This document shows positions 38,071 to 48,025 of a DNA stretch of 48,076 nucleotides, piece after piece. The notes beneath the pieces are model-generated. The model saw nothing but the letters and a program-made list of their open reading frames with translations. It was not told where the DNA came from and made no database searches. Source of the DNA: a virus (lineage: Duplodnaviria > Caudoviricetes); IMG/VR virus record IMGVR_UViG_3300026138_000005, positions 1 through 48,076 of that record; one strand, 5' to 3'. Position numbers and translations under genes: made by a program. Numbering within the stretch: the stretch's first letter is position 1; each line of letters opens with the position of its first letter.

Positions 38071-38088
38071 AAGTTTACCATAATATAA

Positions 38089-38766
38089 TTAGAACGGCAG
38101 GTCATCACCTTCAGCTTCCTCTTCTATTGCAGGAACAGGAATACTGGCTGCAATAGGATTCACGCCAAACGGATCCGATGCGTTGAACGTAGCTTCCTGT
38201 AAAGGAATGATTGCTGACTCAGCAAACTTCATAAGACTCTCTGCGTCTTTCCCATACTGGTCATAGAAATCTCTGAAGGTCATTGACATTTCAGCACGCT
38301 TAAGGTCTCCTACGTGAACACCTTCTTCGTAATGCTTGATAGAAATGTTAGCGTAACCTTCATCAGAAGTCCACAAGAATAAACGAACAGGCTTACCAAT
38401 GAGACCACCGGCAATAGCGTTCATCAATGCATTAAGCATACCAGACTTACCAAAGTCTAGGCGAGCATATGTATTCACACCGAAGTCCATATACACACGC
38501 ATTTCAAATCCAGTACGTGTTTTACCTTTACGAGTGTACTCATAAGTACGAGGCTCAACACCCATAATAATTCCTACCATTTCCTCAGCTGCTTCAGTCC
38601 AGTCTTCTCTGTACTTTCCGTTTTCTTCTTTGATAACAGGTACAAATGAAGGCATAGTCTCTTCAGTTGATGGATTCTCTGTACGAACTTTATAGTAAGT
38701 ACATTCGTAAGAATTTGTTGAATTGTCATTTGAAGGTGACTTCCTTTTCTTAGCTCCAAAAGCCAT
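38089..38766 (-). CDS. putative single-stranded DNA-binding protein
   Basis: Beta-rich core, acidic C-terminus EEEAEGDDLPF, replication context. Confidence 0.7.
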   Translation of the reverse strand: MAFGAKKRKSPSNDNSTNSYECTYYKVRTENPSTEETMPSFVPVIKEENGKYREDWTEAAEEMVGIIMGVEPRTYEYTRKGKTRTGFEMRVYMDFGVNTYARLDFGKSGMLNALMNAIAGGLIGKPVRLFLWTSDEGYANISIKHYEEGVHVGDLKRAEMSMTFRDFYDQYGKDAESLMKFAESAIIPLQEATFNASDPFGVNPIAASIPVPAIEEEAEGDDLPF

Positions 38767-38828
38767 AATAATTAGTTTATGCGTTAAAAAATTAGTAATT
38801 GACTATAATTAGTCTTGTATAATATAGA

Positions 38829-38859
38829 CAATATAATGCCTGTATTTTAAATTTGCAAA
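38829..38859 (-). promoter_or_regulatory. Bacteroidota-like promoter upstream of SSB gene
   Basis: Minus strand TTTG-N20-TATATTG; GACTA-taat-TAGTC palindrome at 38801-38814 just downstream. Confidence 0.5.
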
Positions 38860-38861
38860 GT

Positions 38862-39272
38862 TTAATACCACTCTGGAGGAATTCTTCTTTCACACCATTT
38901 AATTTTATTCCTGTCACACCACTCGCCATAAGTCATCTTACCTCCCTTTCTAAGTTTAGTGTTGGCACGTTGGAAACACATACGAATATCAAGATCTGGG
39001 TTTTGGTCTATCACCAACAACATTTTCTTTCGCTCTGCAAGATCCCACCTTCCTTTTACTTCCACAATAATTCCAGATGGAAGAATAATATCTGGTGTAT
39101 ATGTGTGATGAGTCTCCGGTTTAATGTAACTCAGCTTGATAGTCTCGTACTCAAAGCTTACTCCATCACGTTGCAGCGCTTTCACTACGTCGTGTTCTAA
39201 TCCGGAGCGGAAGCCAGCCTTCTCAGCCAACTTCCTCTTTCTCGTTCTTGAATTTTTCTTTCTACTCATCAA
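38862..39272 (-). CDS. T7 endonuclease I-like Holliday junction resolvase
   Basis: FRSGLE, YE..KLSY, YTPDIIL.SGIIVEVKG, RKKMLLV..QNPDLDIR..FQ, KL.KGGK.TYGEWC. Confidence 0.9.
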   Translation of the reverse strand: MMSRKKNSRTRKRKLAEKAGFRSGLEHDVVKALQRDGVSFEYETIKLSYIKPETHHTYTPDIILPSGIIVEVKGRWDLAERKKMLLVIDQNPDLDIRMCFQRANTKLRKGGKMTYGEWCDRNKIKWCERRIPPEWY

Positions 39273-41101
39273 TCAAATCCTAATGTGTCTAGTAAATCTG
39301 GCTGAATCTCAGCCCTCTTAATTGTAGTATCATCTACAGGAGCAGGTGCAAATGGATGAGCTACCGGCTCTTCGTATATGCCACGCTCCAAATATACTCC
39401 ACCATCTTTCATCGAGTAATCTAAAACCCAATCACGTGTATTACCTACAAACTCTTGTTGTCTAATCTTCCACGTGCGCAAGTCAACATACTCTTCCATT
39501 TCAGACCGCACCCTACGGAGAGATATCCCATTGTCCACTAAGTTAAAAAAGTGAGACGATCCAGATACATCATATCCGTTGACTAGCTTATGGTTTTCTC
39601 CAACCATATCAACTTTTTTAGGGTGTGCAACTATAAATATGTGGCAGTGATTTTTCTTTGACCACGCTTGGCATTTGTTCAGTAGTTGCCCAACTAGCTC
39701 GTGACTATTGGAGCCTGCTTTTGGCGAGTCCTCCAATACAGACCAATTATCGATTACAAATCCAGAGATTCCATATCGCTTAACCATTGACGATGCAACA
39801 CTTAGGATGTCATCAACTTTATTCACCTGCCCTGTGTAATACAGGAAGTGTTGGTTCAAAAATTCTAGAGACTTTGTAGCAGTTGCAACGTCCATCTTAT
39901 CCCTTACATCATAGCGAGAGTACTTATGTGCCATACCCTTTATATGCATAGGTACTGGTTTCTCTCCAGATAAGAACCCAAAGCGGAACCCAAAGTTCTT
40001 AGCTAACTCCATACAGATAGCCTCCACTAAAGCAGACTTACCGGATGAAGGAGGGGCAGTAACAAGTGTAACCTCTGGCTGATAGAACGACCACGCATCA
40101 TCGAAGTCCTGTGAAATACCTGTCTTGTAAGTAGTAGGGTATCCGTTAACTAAGTACTCCAACGCTTCGTCTGAATGGTCATTGACTGTAGTCAATCCCT
40201 CTACAGGTGGGTGCTCCGCAGCTGCGTATATGTAGCGCAAGCTTTCCCAGCCCTGCTCCATAAGCATTTGGTTTGCATCCTGTCCTTCTGGATATTTAAC
40301 TACCTTTACTTTGTCAGCTCCTAATCGACCGGTCAAAACTTTAACAGCTTCACGTCCTGCTTTGTCGTTGTCATATGCGATGTAGATTTCCGGAATGTCA
40401 TCAAACAATTCCATATACTTATCCATCCAATGCATATTCTTAGTACCATTGGGACAGCTGATAGTGTTCTCCACTCGTGCTGACATCCAAGACAGGGCAT
40501 CAATTTCTCCCTCAGTGATAAGCAGGTAGCTCTTTTCCTCTGCTGCTGTACGTATAGCATCAGCATTGTAAGGTATAAGCTCTGCTCCGGCAGTAAATGC
40601 CCACATCTTTTCTGCTAATCTTCTACCCTTTCGATTCTTAAGTAGACCGCCCTCATTGTAGTTGAAGATAACACAAAGATCCTCACGCTCTATATCACGA
40701 AGATACATATTGCCTGCTCCGACAAGACCCTTTGGCAAATCCTTAGCATTTATTCCTCTGCTAAGCAGCCACTCATTCACCTTTACCTTATCAGTCTTAA
40801 CAACTTCCTTTAGTTGCTTAGGCTTCTTGTAGGTCTTAGGCTTTGATTGGGGTACTACGATATTTAAATCTTTGTTTACAATCATACCTTTGATTCCGCA
40901 ATCTGGATTGTGACAGAAATACTCTGTTGTGTTGTGATTAATACTCAGACATTTCTGAGTTCTTTTCTTACGATAGGCACTGCACTTAGGACAGGTGCTT
41001 CGGCTCTGACCATCCCCATTGGGAGTAGTCATCTGAGTGTAGCTGCTAAGTGTCCCATACTTTTTTGCAATCGCCTCATCTACTTGATTGTTACTTACCA
41101 T
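39269..41101 (-). CDS. T7 gp4/Twinkle-like primase-helicase
   Basis: Zn finger CPKC...CHNPDC, TOPRIM ITEGEIDALS and DNDKAG, KYPEGQDAN, Walker A TAPPSSGKS, VIDNW, VAHPKK, YDVSGSSHF. Confidence 0.92.
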   Translation of the reverse strand: MVSNNQVDEAIAKKYGTLSSYTQMTTPNGDGQSRSTCPKCSAYRKKRTQKCLSINHNTTEYFCHNPDCGIKGMIVNKDLNIVVPQSKPKTYKKPKQLKEVVKTDKVKVNEWLLSRGINAKDLPKGLVGAGNMYLRDIEREDLCVIFNYNEGGLLKNRKGRRLAEKMWAFTAGAELIPYNADAIRTAAEEKSYLLITEGEIDALSWMSARVENTISCPNGTKNMHWMDKYMELFDDIPEIYIAYDNDKAGREAVKVLTGRLGADKVKVVKYPEGQDANQMLMEQGWESLRYIYAAAEHPPVEGLTTVNDHSDEALEYLVNGYPTTYKTGISQDFDDAWSFYQPEVTLVTAPPSSGKSALVEAICMELAKNFGFRFGFLSGEKPVPMHIKGMAHKYSRYDVRDKMDVATATKSLEFLNQHFLYYTGQVNKVDDILSVASSMVKRYGISGFVIDNWSVLEDSPKAGSNSHELVGQLLNKCQAWSKKNHCHIFIVAHPKKVDMVGENHKLVNGYDVSGSSHFFNLVDNGISLRRVRSEMEEYVDLRTWKIRQQEFVGNTRDWVLDYSMKDGGVYLERGIYEEPVAHPFAPAPVDDTTIKRAEIQPDLLDTLGFD

Positions 41102-41705
41102 TCAGATAGTCTTTAGCTTTCAATACTCGCTCTCTCCATTTGGATTCGTTGAGCATTGAGTTTAAGTTAACGTATGGTCTCCACTCAGCACTCGAACCCC
41201 ACACATCGCTCATCCACGTTGCAACCTCTTTTGCCTGCTGCGCCGTAGCTTTGTGTTTCATAATAATCTTAGCAGCCTTTATGAGTTGTAACTCATTCAT
41301 CGTAGCGATTCCGAATGCTGATTTTGTTGCTCCTACAAATGCTCTGATGTCAGCTCCTGTAGGTATGTCAAGTAAATCATCATCATTAAAGCGCTCTTGA
41401 TTAAGGTACGTGCTAGGATGTAGGTAGTCGGTGCCATACATATCGGCTAGGATCTTATACTTCTGTATCATCGATACTGCTTTATCCTGCTTAGTTAATG
41501 ACAGCCTAAAGAATGCTTTCTCTGCTGCTTTCTTTCCTACCTTTCTAGGGTAAGCTTCCCAGAATACACTCCAAAGACTAATGCTATTGCTACTAACATT
41601 TTGTTTCTTGGTTAAGTAATATTCTGCAAATTCCTCAATAGTGCCTTCGTAAGATTCCCAGTTGTTTACGATTTCTTTAATCGTATTTAAACATACTTTC
41701 GGCAT
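41091..41705 (-). CDS. phage replication initiator/replisome organiser-like protein
   Basis: FWEAYPRKVGKKAAEKAF...YLHPSTYLNQERFND motif; adjacent to the helicase. Confidence 0.72.
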   Translation of the reverse strand: MPKVCLNTIKEIVNNWESYEGTIEEFAEYYLTKKQNVSSNSISLWSVFWEAYPRKVGKKAAEKAFFRLSLTKQDKAVSMIQKYKILADMYGTDYLHPSTYLNQERFNDDDLLDIPTGADIRAFVGATKSAFGIATMNELQLIKAAKIIMKHKATAQQAKEVATWMSDVWGSSAEWRPYVNLNSMLNESKWRERVLKAKDYLNGK

Positions 41706-42129
41706 CTTTAATATTTTTTATCTTGTTTCTCACAATTTTAATCTTCCTAATAAAAGCTCTTTCGCCCTCACTTAAATCAAATTCTGGCTTAAGTGTTATG
41801 TAATCAACTAATATGTTATAATGATTCACATACCTAGCATACTCAGCGTGTCCTTCGTGTTTTGTCACGCCCATACCTAAGAAGTCTAAGCACTTATCTT
41901 TGTGACCAAATATATCAGACAAAGCACACAGAAACATTGCAGGTATCGTTGTCCAATACACATATTTTGTCACACCATTGCCATCAATTATATTTACCTC
42001 CACCTTATCAGACAAGTCTTTGTATTGGCGGAATGGCTTGACGTAATTGATATTTGTTTTCGGGATTATTGGGAAGCAGCTCCATATAGATGAAGCTAAC
42101 TTCTCAAATGATACTTGCTTTGTTCTCAT
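41677..42129 (-). CDS. hypothetical protein
   Basis: 150-aa ORF, operon-coupled. Confidence 0.65.
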   Translation of the reverse strand: MRTKQVSFEKLASSIWSCFPIIPKTNINYVKPFRQYKDLSDKVEVNIIDGNGVTKYVYWTTIPAMFLCALSDIFGHKDKCLDFLGMGVTKHEGHAEYARYVNHYNILVDYITLKPEFDLSEGERAFIRKIKIVRNKIKNIKDAESMFKYD

Positions 42130-43232
42130 AATGCACCAAAATTTTTATCTGTTTTAGTAATCATAAAACGTTTTTTGTAGTTGACGTTGTACCCATCAAC
42201 AGGTATCTTGGTGTAATTGTTCAAAGTCATATAGCCTTTAATGGCTTTGTCTATAGATAGCTTTTCCGATTGAGCTTCTTTGGCTTTATGCTCTGCATCC
42301 ATACGCTTTTGTACGAGATCGTTAATCATTACGTGGCTATCACCATATGGTATGAACTCATTACGTATGTGCTCTCCTGCTATACCCCTCATATCCCTCT
42401 CCTGCTTGTGTAACTCAGAATAAAATTGCTGAAGCTCGTCGTCTGCTATCACGTCTAGTATATGAGAATACTCCTGCTGTATGCTGTATATGTTGTCGTA
42501 CTTATCATTCAGTGACAAATCTGAATCAACAATCTCCTTCCCTTTAATCATTGCTTCGTGAAACTGAAAGCAGGTGTTGTGTATACGACTTTGGTACTCT
42601 GGGTCTTCCATAATCTCACGTTGGATTACGTGTCTTCCGTCCCTAACCAATGTAAGTATAGCATACTTTGTACCGGTCATCATCATATATGCTTGAACTT
42701 GGCAATTGTATTTCTCTGGATACCCACACTCAAATTTGTCACAATAGTACCCACCAATTGTCTTACATTCCCATACCCCTCTGCCAAACATAGGAGATAA
42801 TTTATCATCGTGTACTACTCTCCCATCTAAATTCAATCCGAAGTACGGAAAGTCTTTATGGAACAGCGTGTAAGGAACCACTCTAATCTTCCTAAATGTT
42901 TTACCACTATAGAAGTTAGCTGCCCACTCCCCTGTAGGATCGTAGTACTCTGCCTGTCTCATAATGATATCTTCATAAAGGTGACCGGTAGCAGTAAATA
43001 TGTTTCCGGCAAAGTGTTTTTGCTTAAGACCTATCTTCTCAAACCAAAGAGTCATTGGGTCGGTGTATGAGTTAAGACCCATAACCGTACCTACATCTGA
43101 GCCTCCAATTTTAAAAGAAGCTGTACGAAAAGCAACCCACTCTGCCATCGACATCTTAGTTACGTTTACACCACGAAGACCTTTCTTTGGGAATAAACTT
43201 ACTCTTGATGTTTTATGACCGGCTACTACCAT
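42126..43232 (-). CDS. YqaJ/lambda-exonuclease family recombination nuclease
   Basis: EW..FR...IGGSDVGTVMGLNSY...LW.EK.G, G..YE, NLDG, WECKT, P..Y.CQVQ.YM..TG. Confidence 0.9.
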   Translation of the reverse strand: MVVAGHKTSRVSLFPKKGLRGVNVTKMSMAEWVAFRTASFKIGGSDVGTVMGLNSYTDPMTLWFEKIGLKQKHFAGNIFTATGHLYEDIIMRQAEYYDPTGEWAANFYSGKTFRKIRVVPYTLFHKDFPYFGLNLDGRVVHDDKLSPMFGRGVWECKTIGGYYCDKFECGYPEKYNCQVQAYMMMTGTKYAILTLVRDGRHVIQREIMEDPEYQSRIHNTCFQFHEAMIKGKEIVDSDLSLNDKYDNIYSIQQEYSHILDVIADDELQQFYSELHKQERDMRGIAGEHIRNEFIPYGDSHVMINDLVQKRMDAEHKAKEAQSEKLSIDKAIKGYMTLNNYTKIPVDGYNVNYKKRFMITKTDKNFGAL

Positions 43233-43768
43233 CCGTATTGTTTTTTGATTCTATCTTTACTTGGCTGCGCAGACGGATTTTTCATTAATTCAATCTGAGC
43301 CTTACAGAATTTAATGTACTTAGGGTCTTGCTGCTTGTTTGCTATGTTCTCCATAGCTGCCTTTATACCCTCGTTCCTGTTCTCTGCATTGTTAAAGTGG
43401 TTCCATAATTTATGGAGCAACTTTTGTTGGTAAGCCAATGCCTCTTCAAGTGTGTGTATTGTTTTACCGGTCTTCCTGTCATCCTTCAAAGCAAAAGCTA
43501 TGGCACGACCCACTGCAATTGTTTCTGCCCAACCCACAAAGTCTTGGTCAAGATCCGAGTCAGCTATTTGGAACTTAGAACCAGAGCCAATAATTTGGTT
43601 GCCATTAATAATCTTAGCCGTTGCCGTTACAGCCATACGACCTGTAGGATGATTTATTACACTTACATTAGTGTCGATACCTGCGTTAGGATATTCTTTG
43701 CGCAGCTCTTCCATACGCTCACTAATCTGTTTGTAATCACTAGACATTTCAGATGCTTGCTTTTGCAT
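43226..43768 (-). CDS. putative single-strand annealing protein (Rad52-superfamily-like)
   Basis: Y..I.ER..E....YP...I.T...A.A.I....GSG...AETIAVGRAIA; immediately upstream of the exonuclease. Confidence 0.5.
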   Translation of the reverse strand: MQKQASEMSSDYKQISERMEELRKEYPNAGIDTNVSVINHPTGRMAVTATAKIINGNQIIGSGSKFQIADSDLDQDFVGWAETIAVGRAIAFALKDDRKTGKTIHTLEEALAYQQKLLHKLWNHFNNAENRNEGIKAAMENIANKQQDPKYIKFCKAQIELMKNPSAQPSKDRIKKQYGW

Positions 43769-43770
43769 AA

Positions 43771-43977
43771 TTATATGTATAAGAAAATTAATAATCTTTG
43801 GAAACGAGCAGAGTAGAATACAGACCTCCAGTCTATGATAGTTTTTAACCCATCAGATTTTACTCTGTGGGATTGAACAAAGTCTTCGAGGTAGAGAATA
43901 GCTACTGACCTAGCGGTCTCAAAGCTAATCACTTTATCGAAGACTTTTATTGTTCTATTTTCCCAATCAATTCGCAT
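43771..43977 (-). CDS. hypothetical protein
   Basis: 68-aa ORF filling the operon. Confidence 0.55.
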   Translation of the reverse strand: MRIDWENRTIKVFDKVISFETARSVAILYLEDFVQSHRVKSDGLKTIIDWRSVFYSARFQRLLIFLYI

Positions 43978-43990
43978 ACGTAAATTTACG

Positions 43991-44428
43991 TTATTCTGTA
44001 ACCAATTGCAAAGGCAATTGAGGATCGATAGAAAGATAAAGGTCTTCTGAAAGAAATTCTTCTACTTTAGAAGCTCTGAAAACTTTATTCTTTTGCCACC
44101 CCACACTCTCTGCGTACTCTAAAGCTTCGTACCTGTATCTGAAATACTTAGCCTCAGTATAATCGTCGTTTGCGGAAACCCATCGCCTGTCATATTCCCT
44201 GCAAGTTCTTAGTAGGTCACGCATACTCAAAGATTTAACTTCTTCTTTTTTGAGTATTACAATTCCATCCACAGCGTAACCATTATACACTGCACTACAT
44301 AAGGACTTACCTTTCTCTGGACATCCTAAAAATTTAGCCACTTCTGTTATTGACCTTTTCTCTGTTATGAAAGAAGCGGATGCCGTAAATACTACATATC
44401 CGTTCCCCTTTTGACCTCTTCTTGCCAT
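43991..44428 (-). CDS. hypothetical protein, possible NUMOD1-like DNA-binding helix
   Basis: RSITEVAKFLG and FRYRYEALEY segments. Confidence 0.55.
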   Translation of the reverse strand: MARRGQKGNGYVVFTASASFITEKRSITEVAKFLGCPEKGKSLCSAVYNGYAVDGIVILKKEEVKSLSMRDLLRTCREYDRRWVSANDDYTEAKYFRYRYEALEYAESVGWQKNKVFRASKVEEFLSEDLYLSIDPQLPLQLVTE

Positions 44429-45525
44429 TACGCTAATTTTGATAATTTACTAATTAATATTTCGTCTGTTGTTTGCAAGTAATGTTTCTCAAAAACTTGC
44501 GAGGATTTGTGGTAACTTAGTCTATTGCGGATCGTTGCATCGTCAAGACCTCTGGAGCGCCAAAGGTTGATGCCTGTCTTACGGAGTACGTGGGAGGATA
44601 CCACTTTGTTTAGTGGCTCCTTCCTATGCACGTACCTACCATACCCAATCTCAATTTTCACATTAATCTTTTCGGTTCCTACGAACTTTTTTATTTCTGA
44701 ACAATACCTGTCGTAGTTTTTATTCGGCAGATTGTTAGAGTCAAACAGATTTTTTACCTGCACCCAAAGGTCTTCTCTAATCATTCTCCTGCAAAGCTGT
44801 GAGTTCTTACCTATGGTAACGATATATTTTTTATCACCTGATTCCTCAAAGCTATCTTTGTTTATTTTGTACAGGTCATCCCATCGCATACATCCCTCTA
44901 TCTGCAAAGCCATAAGCACAGGGTAAGCTGCTCCAAACTTTGCAGCATTTAGGATGTTTTCAATCTGCGAATACGGAAGAACTATAGGTTCTAAGTCTGC
45001 CGACTTGCTCTTACAGGCTGACATTGGCATCCTGCATCCGTATGTTTCTTCTACAACCTTAAGCACACGCTTAAGAGAGTTTAAATAAGCAGAGACAGAC
45101 GAGGTTTTATAGTCCTCAATAAGGCATTCTTTATAGAATGTAATCCTTTGTCTTACTTGAGTGTTAAATTCAGCTGACGTTCCGGATTTCAAAACGCTCA
45201 AGTCAACAGCTTCTCCCCCAAGAGTGTTGACCCATATCTGTCTTGCTTGAAAATCAACTGATGACGTTGCAACCTCACCCCAGAGATCCGATAAATACGC
45301 AGCGCCTCCGCCACGTATAACATCTTTGACCTCATTAATGGTTACGCAGTCAATCAGTTTTTTTATTAGTGAATTAGCTTCGTGTACGGAGTAGTCACTC
45401 CCTATTACTTTGTTCCTTTTTACAGAGGCATCCCCTATTTTCACACCTGTCGAAAGAGTTTTGATAGGGGCAGTAGTTCTTAAATAAAGCGTCCCTTTCC
45501 TGTTGAAGAATTTTAATTTCATCAT
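44428..45525 (-). CDS. tyrosine recombinase (phage integrase family)
   Basis: Catalytic residues in order: GCMR(WDDL), K(NS), HVLR(KT), LSYH...HY; N-terminal LYLR...LSTGVKI arm-binding-like region. Confidence 0.82.
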   Translation of the reverse strand: MMKLKFFNRKGTLYLRTTAPIKTLSTGVKIGDASVKRNKVIGSDYSVHEANSLIKKLIDCVTINEVKDVIRGGGAAYLSDLWGEVATSSVDFQARQIWVNTLGGEAVDLSVLKSGTSAEFNTQVRQRITFYKECLIEDYKTSSVSAYLNSLKRVLKVVEETYGCRMPMSACKSKSADLEPIVLPYSQIENILNAAKFGAAYPVLMALQIEGCMRWDDLYKINKDSFEESGDKKYIVTIGKNSQLCRRMIREDLWVQVKNLFDSNNLPNKNYDRYCSEIKKFVGTEKINVKIEIGYGRYVHRKEPLNKVVSSHVLRKTGINLWRSRGLDDATIRNRLSYHKSSQVFEKHYLQTTDEILISKLSKLA

Positions 45526-45624
45526 CTGCGAGTTGGTTAAGATTATGCCATTCGTTTTCTAAAGACTGGGCATTGCCAGAGAGCGACATAAACTCTCTGA
45601 CAAATCCCATATTATCCTGCTCCA

Positions 45625-46320
45625 TTAGTGGTGTGATGTTGATACGGAATCAAAAGCAAAGACATCGCCAATGGATGTAAATAAGGCACGCTCTATATTT
45701 ATTACACGTCTACCTTCATATAGTCCATCGGTTATCTCTACGCCTCCCTCTGTAGAATCTTCTACGTCTGGTGACGTTGCAATATTTGCGTGCCAGTAAA
45801 CTTCTTTTGACTTACCTTTTATCTTAGTCACATCCAGAGCTTTTATGTGAGTTAACTCTGCAACCAAAGACGTGCTGTCATCCTCTTCATACCCATAAAA
45901 GTCCCACTTTTGGTTTTCTTTATTCCACGAAATCAGATAACCCTTTGACGGAATAAAAGTTTCTGAGTATTGTTTTTCTGAATCTGTGGTTGCACCTACT
46001 TCAATGTCAGCGTAGATGATGTCAAAGTCTTCTGTAGGTGACAATAGCCAGTAAGTTACTTCAGTAGATTGAATCCGAATACCGGTTTCGGAACGACGTG
46101 CATCTTGGTACACGTGGATTGCAACCGTAGGTTTTATGCCATCGATAGTGGCTTTCTTGTATAGCTCTACGTAATGCTTTTTTAATCCTGCGCCATTGAA
46201 TCTACCTAACGAATACTTCTTGCCCTCTACAATTGGAGTGCTTTCAAGGTCTGTAGCTTGCGTAACTACGTAGTAGTCATCAAGTCCTAATTGCTTTATT
46301 TTATCAGATATCTTAGCCAT
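45625..46320 (-). CDS. hypothetical protein
   Basis: 231-aa ORF, operon-coupled. Confidence 0.75.
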   Translation of the reverse strand: MAKISDKIKQLGLDDYYVVTQATDLESTPIVEGKKYSLGRFNGAGLKKHYVELYKKATIDGIKPTVAIHVYQDARRSETGIRIQSTEVTYWLLSPTEDFDIIYADIEVGATTDSEKQYSETFIPSKGYLISWNKENQKWDFYGYEEDDSTSLVAELTHIKALDVTKIKGKSKEVYWHANIATSPDVEDSTEGGVEITDGLYEGRRVINIERALFTSIGDVFAFDSVSTSHH

Positions 46321-46516
46321 TTATAATATGATTTAAAAATTTGTAATAAAGTTTATAAACAATAATTTGCAGTATTATAGATCCGAAATACCAAAGTGCA
46401 TCTTCAACACGAGACCCTCCGTATCTTACAAGAACAGGCTCAAAGAATATAATTACATACGGAGGTATGCCTATACCTATCAGCGCTGTTCTTATCAATA
46501 TATCTTTGCCTGTCAT
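46313..46516 (-). CDS. small two-TM membrane protein
   Basis: Two hydrophobic segments; overlaps both neighbours in coupled fashion. Confidence 0.55.
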   Translation of the reverse strand: MTGKDILIRTALIGIGIPPYVIIFFEPVLVRYGGSRVEDALWYFGSIILQIIVYKLYYKFLNHIING

Positions 46517-47088
46517 ATTGATAATCCTTTTGAAGATGGGTCAAGAGAACGTAGCCAGTATTTCTGCCAACAAAAATAGCCATACGCTATCCAGATTGTT
46601 GTCTGTTTTGGGCTCATACTTAAGTGATAGTCATCGTGATTCACATACTTAGATGCTATAACTTTAAGAGTCCCACATTTAGCACGCAGGATACCCTCTT
46701 CAAAGTTAGATATTATAGCTTGCTGTAATACCTCTGGGACATAACCATCTTCATCAATAAATCCAGATACAATACCCTTCTTTCCCTCCCAATAATCATA
46801 GAATACATCTATGTCTGCCTTGAGTAATTTATGCCTGTACTCCTTATCCTCTGCCCAGTTGTTTAAGAATTCATCACCGGTAGGTAAGCAGCCATAGAAC
46901 CTTTTGTCCACATAAATTGGGTCTTTATCTATAGCCTCATTAAAGTACATTGCAACCCTTTCAAGCTGAACGTTACGCTCTGAATCGTATTTAACTTTTG
47001 TTTTCATTTTCTTTGCAAGTGATTTATGCATACGCTTATTATTTATAATGTAAAACGAAATTGAATTGAATTTGTTTTGGCACAACAT
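46513..47088 (-). CDS. hypothetical protein (start may be further downstream)
   Basis: 191-aa ORF; internal Met at MHKSLAKK avoids the upstream overlap. Confidence 0.65.
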   Translation of the reverse strand: MLCQNKFNSISFYIINNKRMHKSLAKKMKTKVKYDSERNVQLERVAMYFNEAIDKDPIYVDKRFYGCLPTGDEFLNNWAEDKEYRHKLLKADIDVFYDYWEGKKGIVSGFIDEDGYVPEVLQQAIISNFEEGILRAKCGTLKVIASKYVNHDDYHLSMSPKQTTIWIAYGYFCWQKYWLRSLDPSSKGLSI

Positions 47089-47321
47089 AACTCGTGCACC
47101 ATTCGAGTACTATTTAAATCCGGTTGTACGCTTACATACATTTGCTCACTTGTAAGACGGCTGTGTTTAGTTAGATACCAATCGATACGAGTGAGTGCCT
47201 GCCTCTCCAATAATTTAGAGCACAGGTCTGTACGCATCTTTGTGTATGGCATCTGTAGAGCCACAGGTAGCGAGATATATTCATCGCCACCTATGGTCAT
47301 ATTTATTGTGTCAAGCAACAT
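47043..47321 (-). CDS. hypothetical protein
   Basis: 92-aa ORF starting 1 nt after the upstream stop. Confidence 0.55.
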   Translation of the reverse strand: MLLDTINMTIGGDEYISLPVALQMPYTKMRTDLCSKLLERQALTRIDWYLTKHSRLTSEQMYVSVQPDLNSTRMVHELCCAKTNSIQFRFTL

Positions 47322-47322
47322 A

Positions 47323-47985
47323 CTAAGTACTAATTCTTGAGAACTTTTGGTTGATACCAGATAGTTCTTGTTTAGTGTGTGATGTAATCATCCTACGGAA
47401 GTCGCAGTAATTTTGATGTGCTTGCTTGATTCTAGATTGAGCATAGTCCTGTGCATCACCAATCAATAGGCAGACAGCCTCGTCCATATACCCCTGCAAA
47501 AGCTCCATATCGCTTAAATCATTAAACACATACTTACTTTGGAAATTATGTCCGTTAATCAACTGATTGTATGCCGGATTTCTAAAGACAAATGTCTGAC
47601 CAATCTTAGCTCTCATATCCCAAAAGCTAACGCACAGGTAGATTACAGAAGAACTATCATACCTGTCCATCCGGAAACTAATTACAGAATGCACAACACA
47701 TCGCACATCCCTGCCATCTTCATTATAGGTGTATTGGAACATTGAGGCACGACCGATTGGTGTGTCTAATATTTCTACATCTCTCTTTTCGTGAACGCTT
47801 GGGTACTTAAGATGACTAAAGCTTGGTGATGATGGTCTTGGCACATCGTTAATATTAGGGTGCGAGTGAAGGCACACATCCTGTAGGTACTTGTACACAG
47901 GATCGAACCTACTTATGTTTCTAAATTCCTCTCTAAGGTCTTTGCCGAAATCTGGGCAATTAATTAAATCTACTTTCTTTGACAT
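47323..47985 (-). CDS. hypothetical protein, first gene of putative early operon
   Basis: 220-aa ORF 40 nt downstream of a consensus promoter. Confidence 0.75.
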   Translation of the reverse strand: MSKKVDLINCPDFGKDLREEFRNISRFDPVYKYLQDVCLHSHPNINDVPRPSSPSFSHLKYPSVHEKRDVEILDTPIGRASMFQYTYNEDGRDVRCVVHSVISFRMDRYDSSSVIYLCVSFWDMRAKIGQTFVFRNPAYNQLINGHNFQSKYVFNDLSDMELLQGYMDEAVCLLIGDAQDYAQSRIKQAHQNYCDFRRMITSHTKQELSGINQKFSRIST

Positions 47986-48025
47986 ATGCGAATTAGTTTT
48001 GATTGTGAAAATTGATTGATAAATA

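Noticed and set aside
45395-45625. 76-aa ORF upstream of the integrase
   Set aside because: Its start is coupled to the upstream stop, so it may be real, but it overlaps the integrase by 131 nt and has no motif; not confidently callable.
35435-47745. Short plus-strand and alternate-frame ORFs inside the replication arm
   Set aside because: Shadow ORFs overlapping recognisable minus-strand genes.
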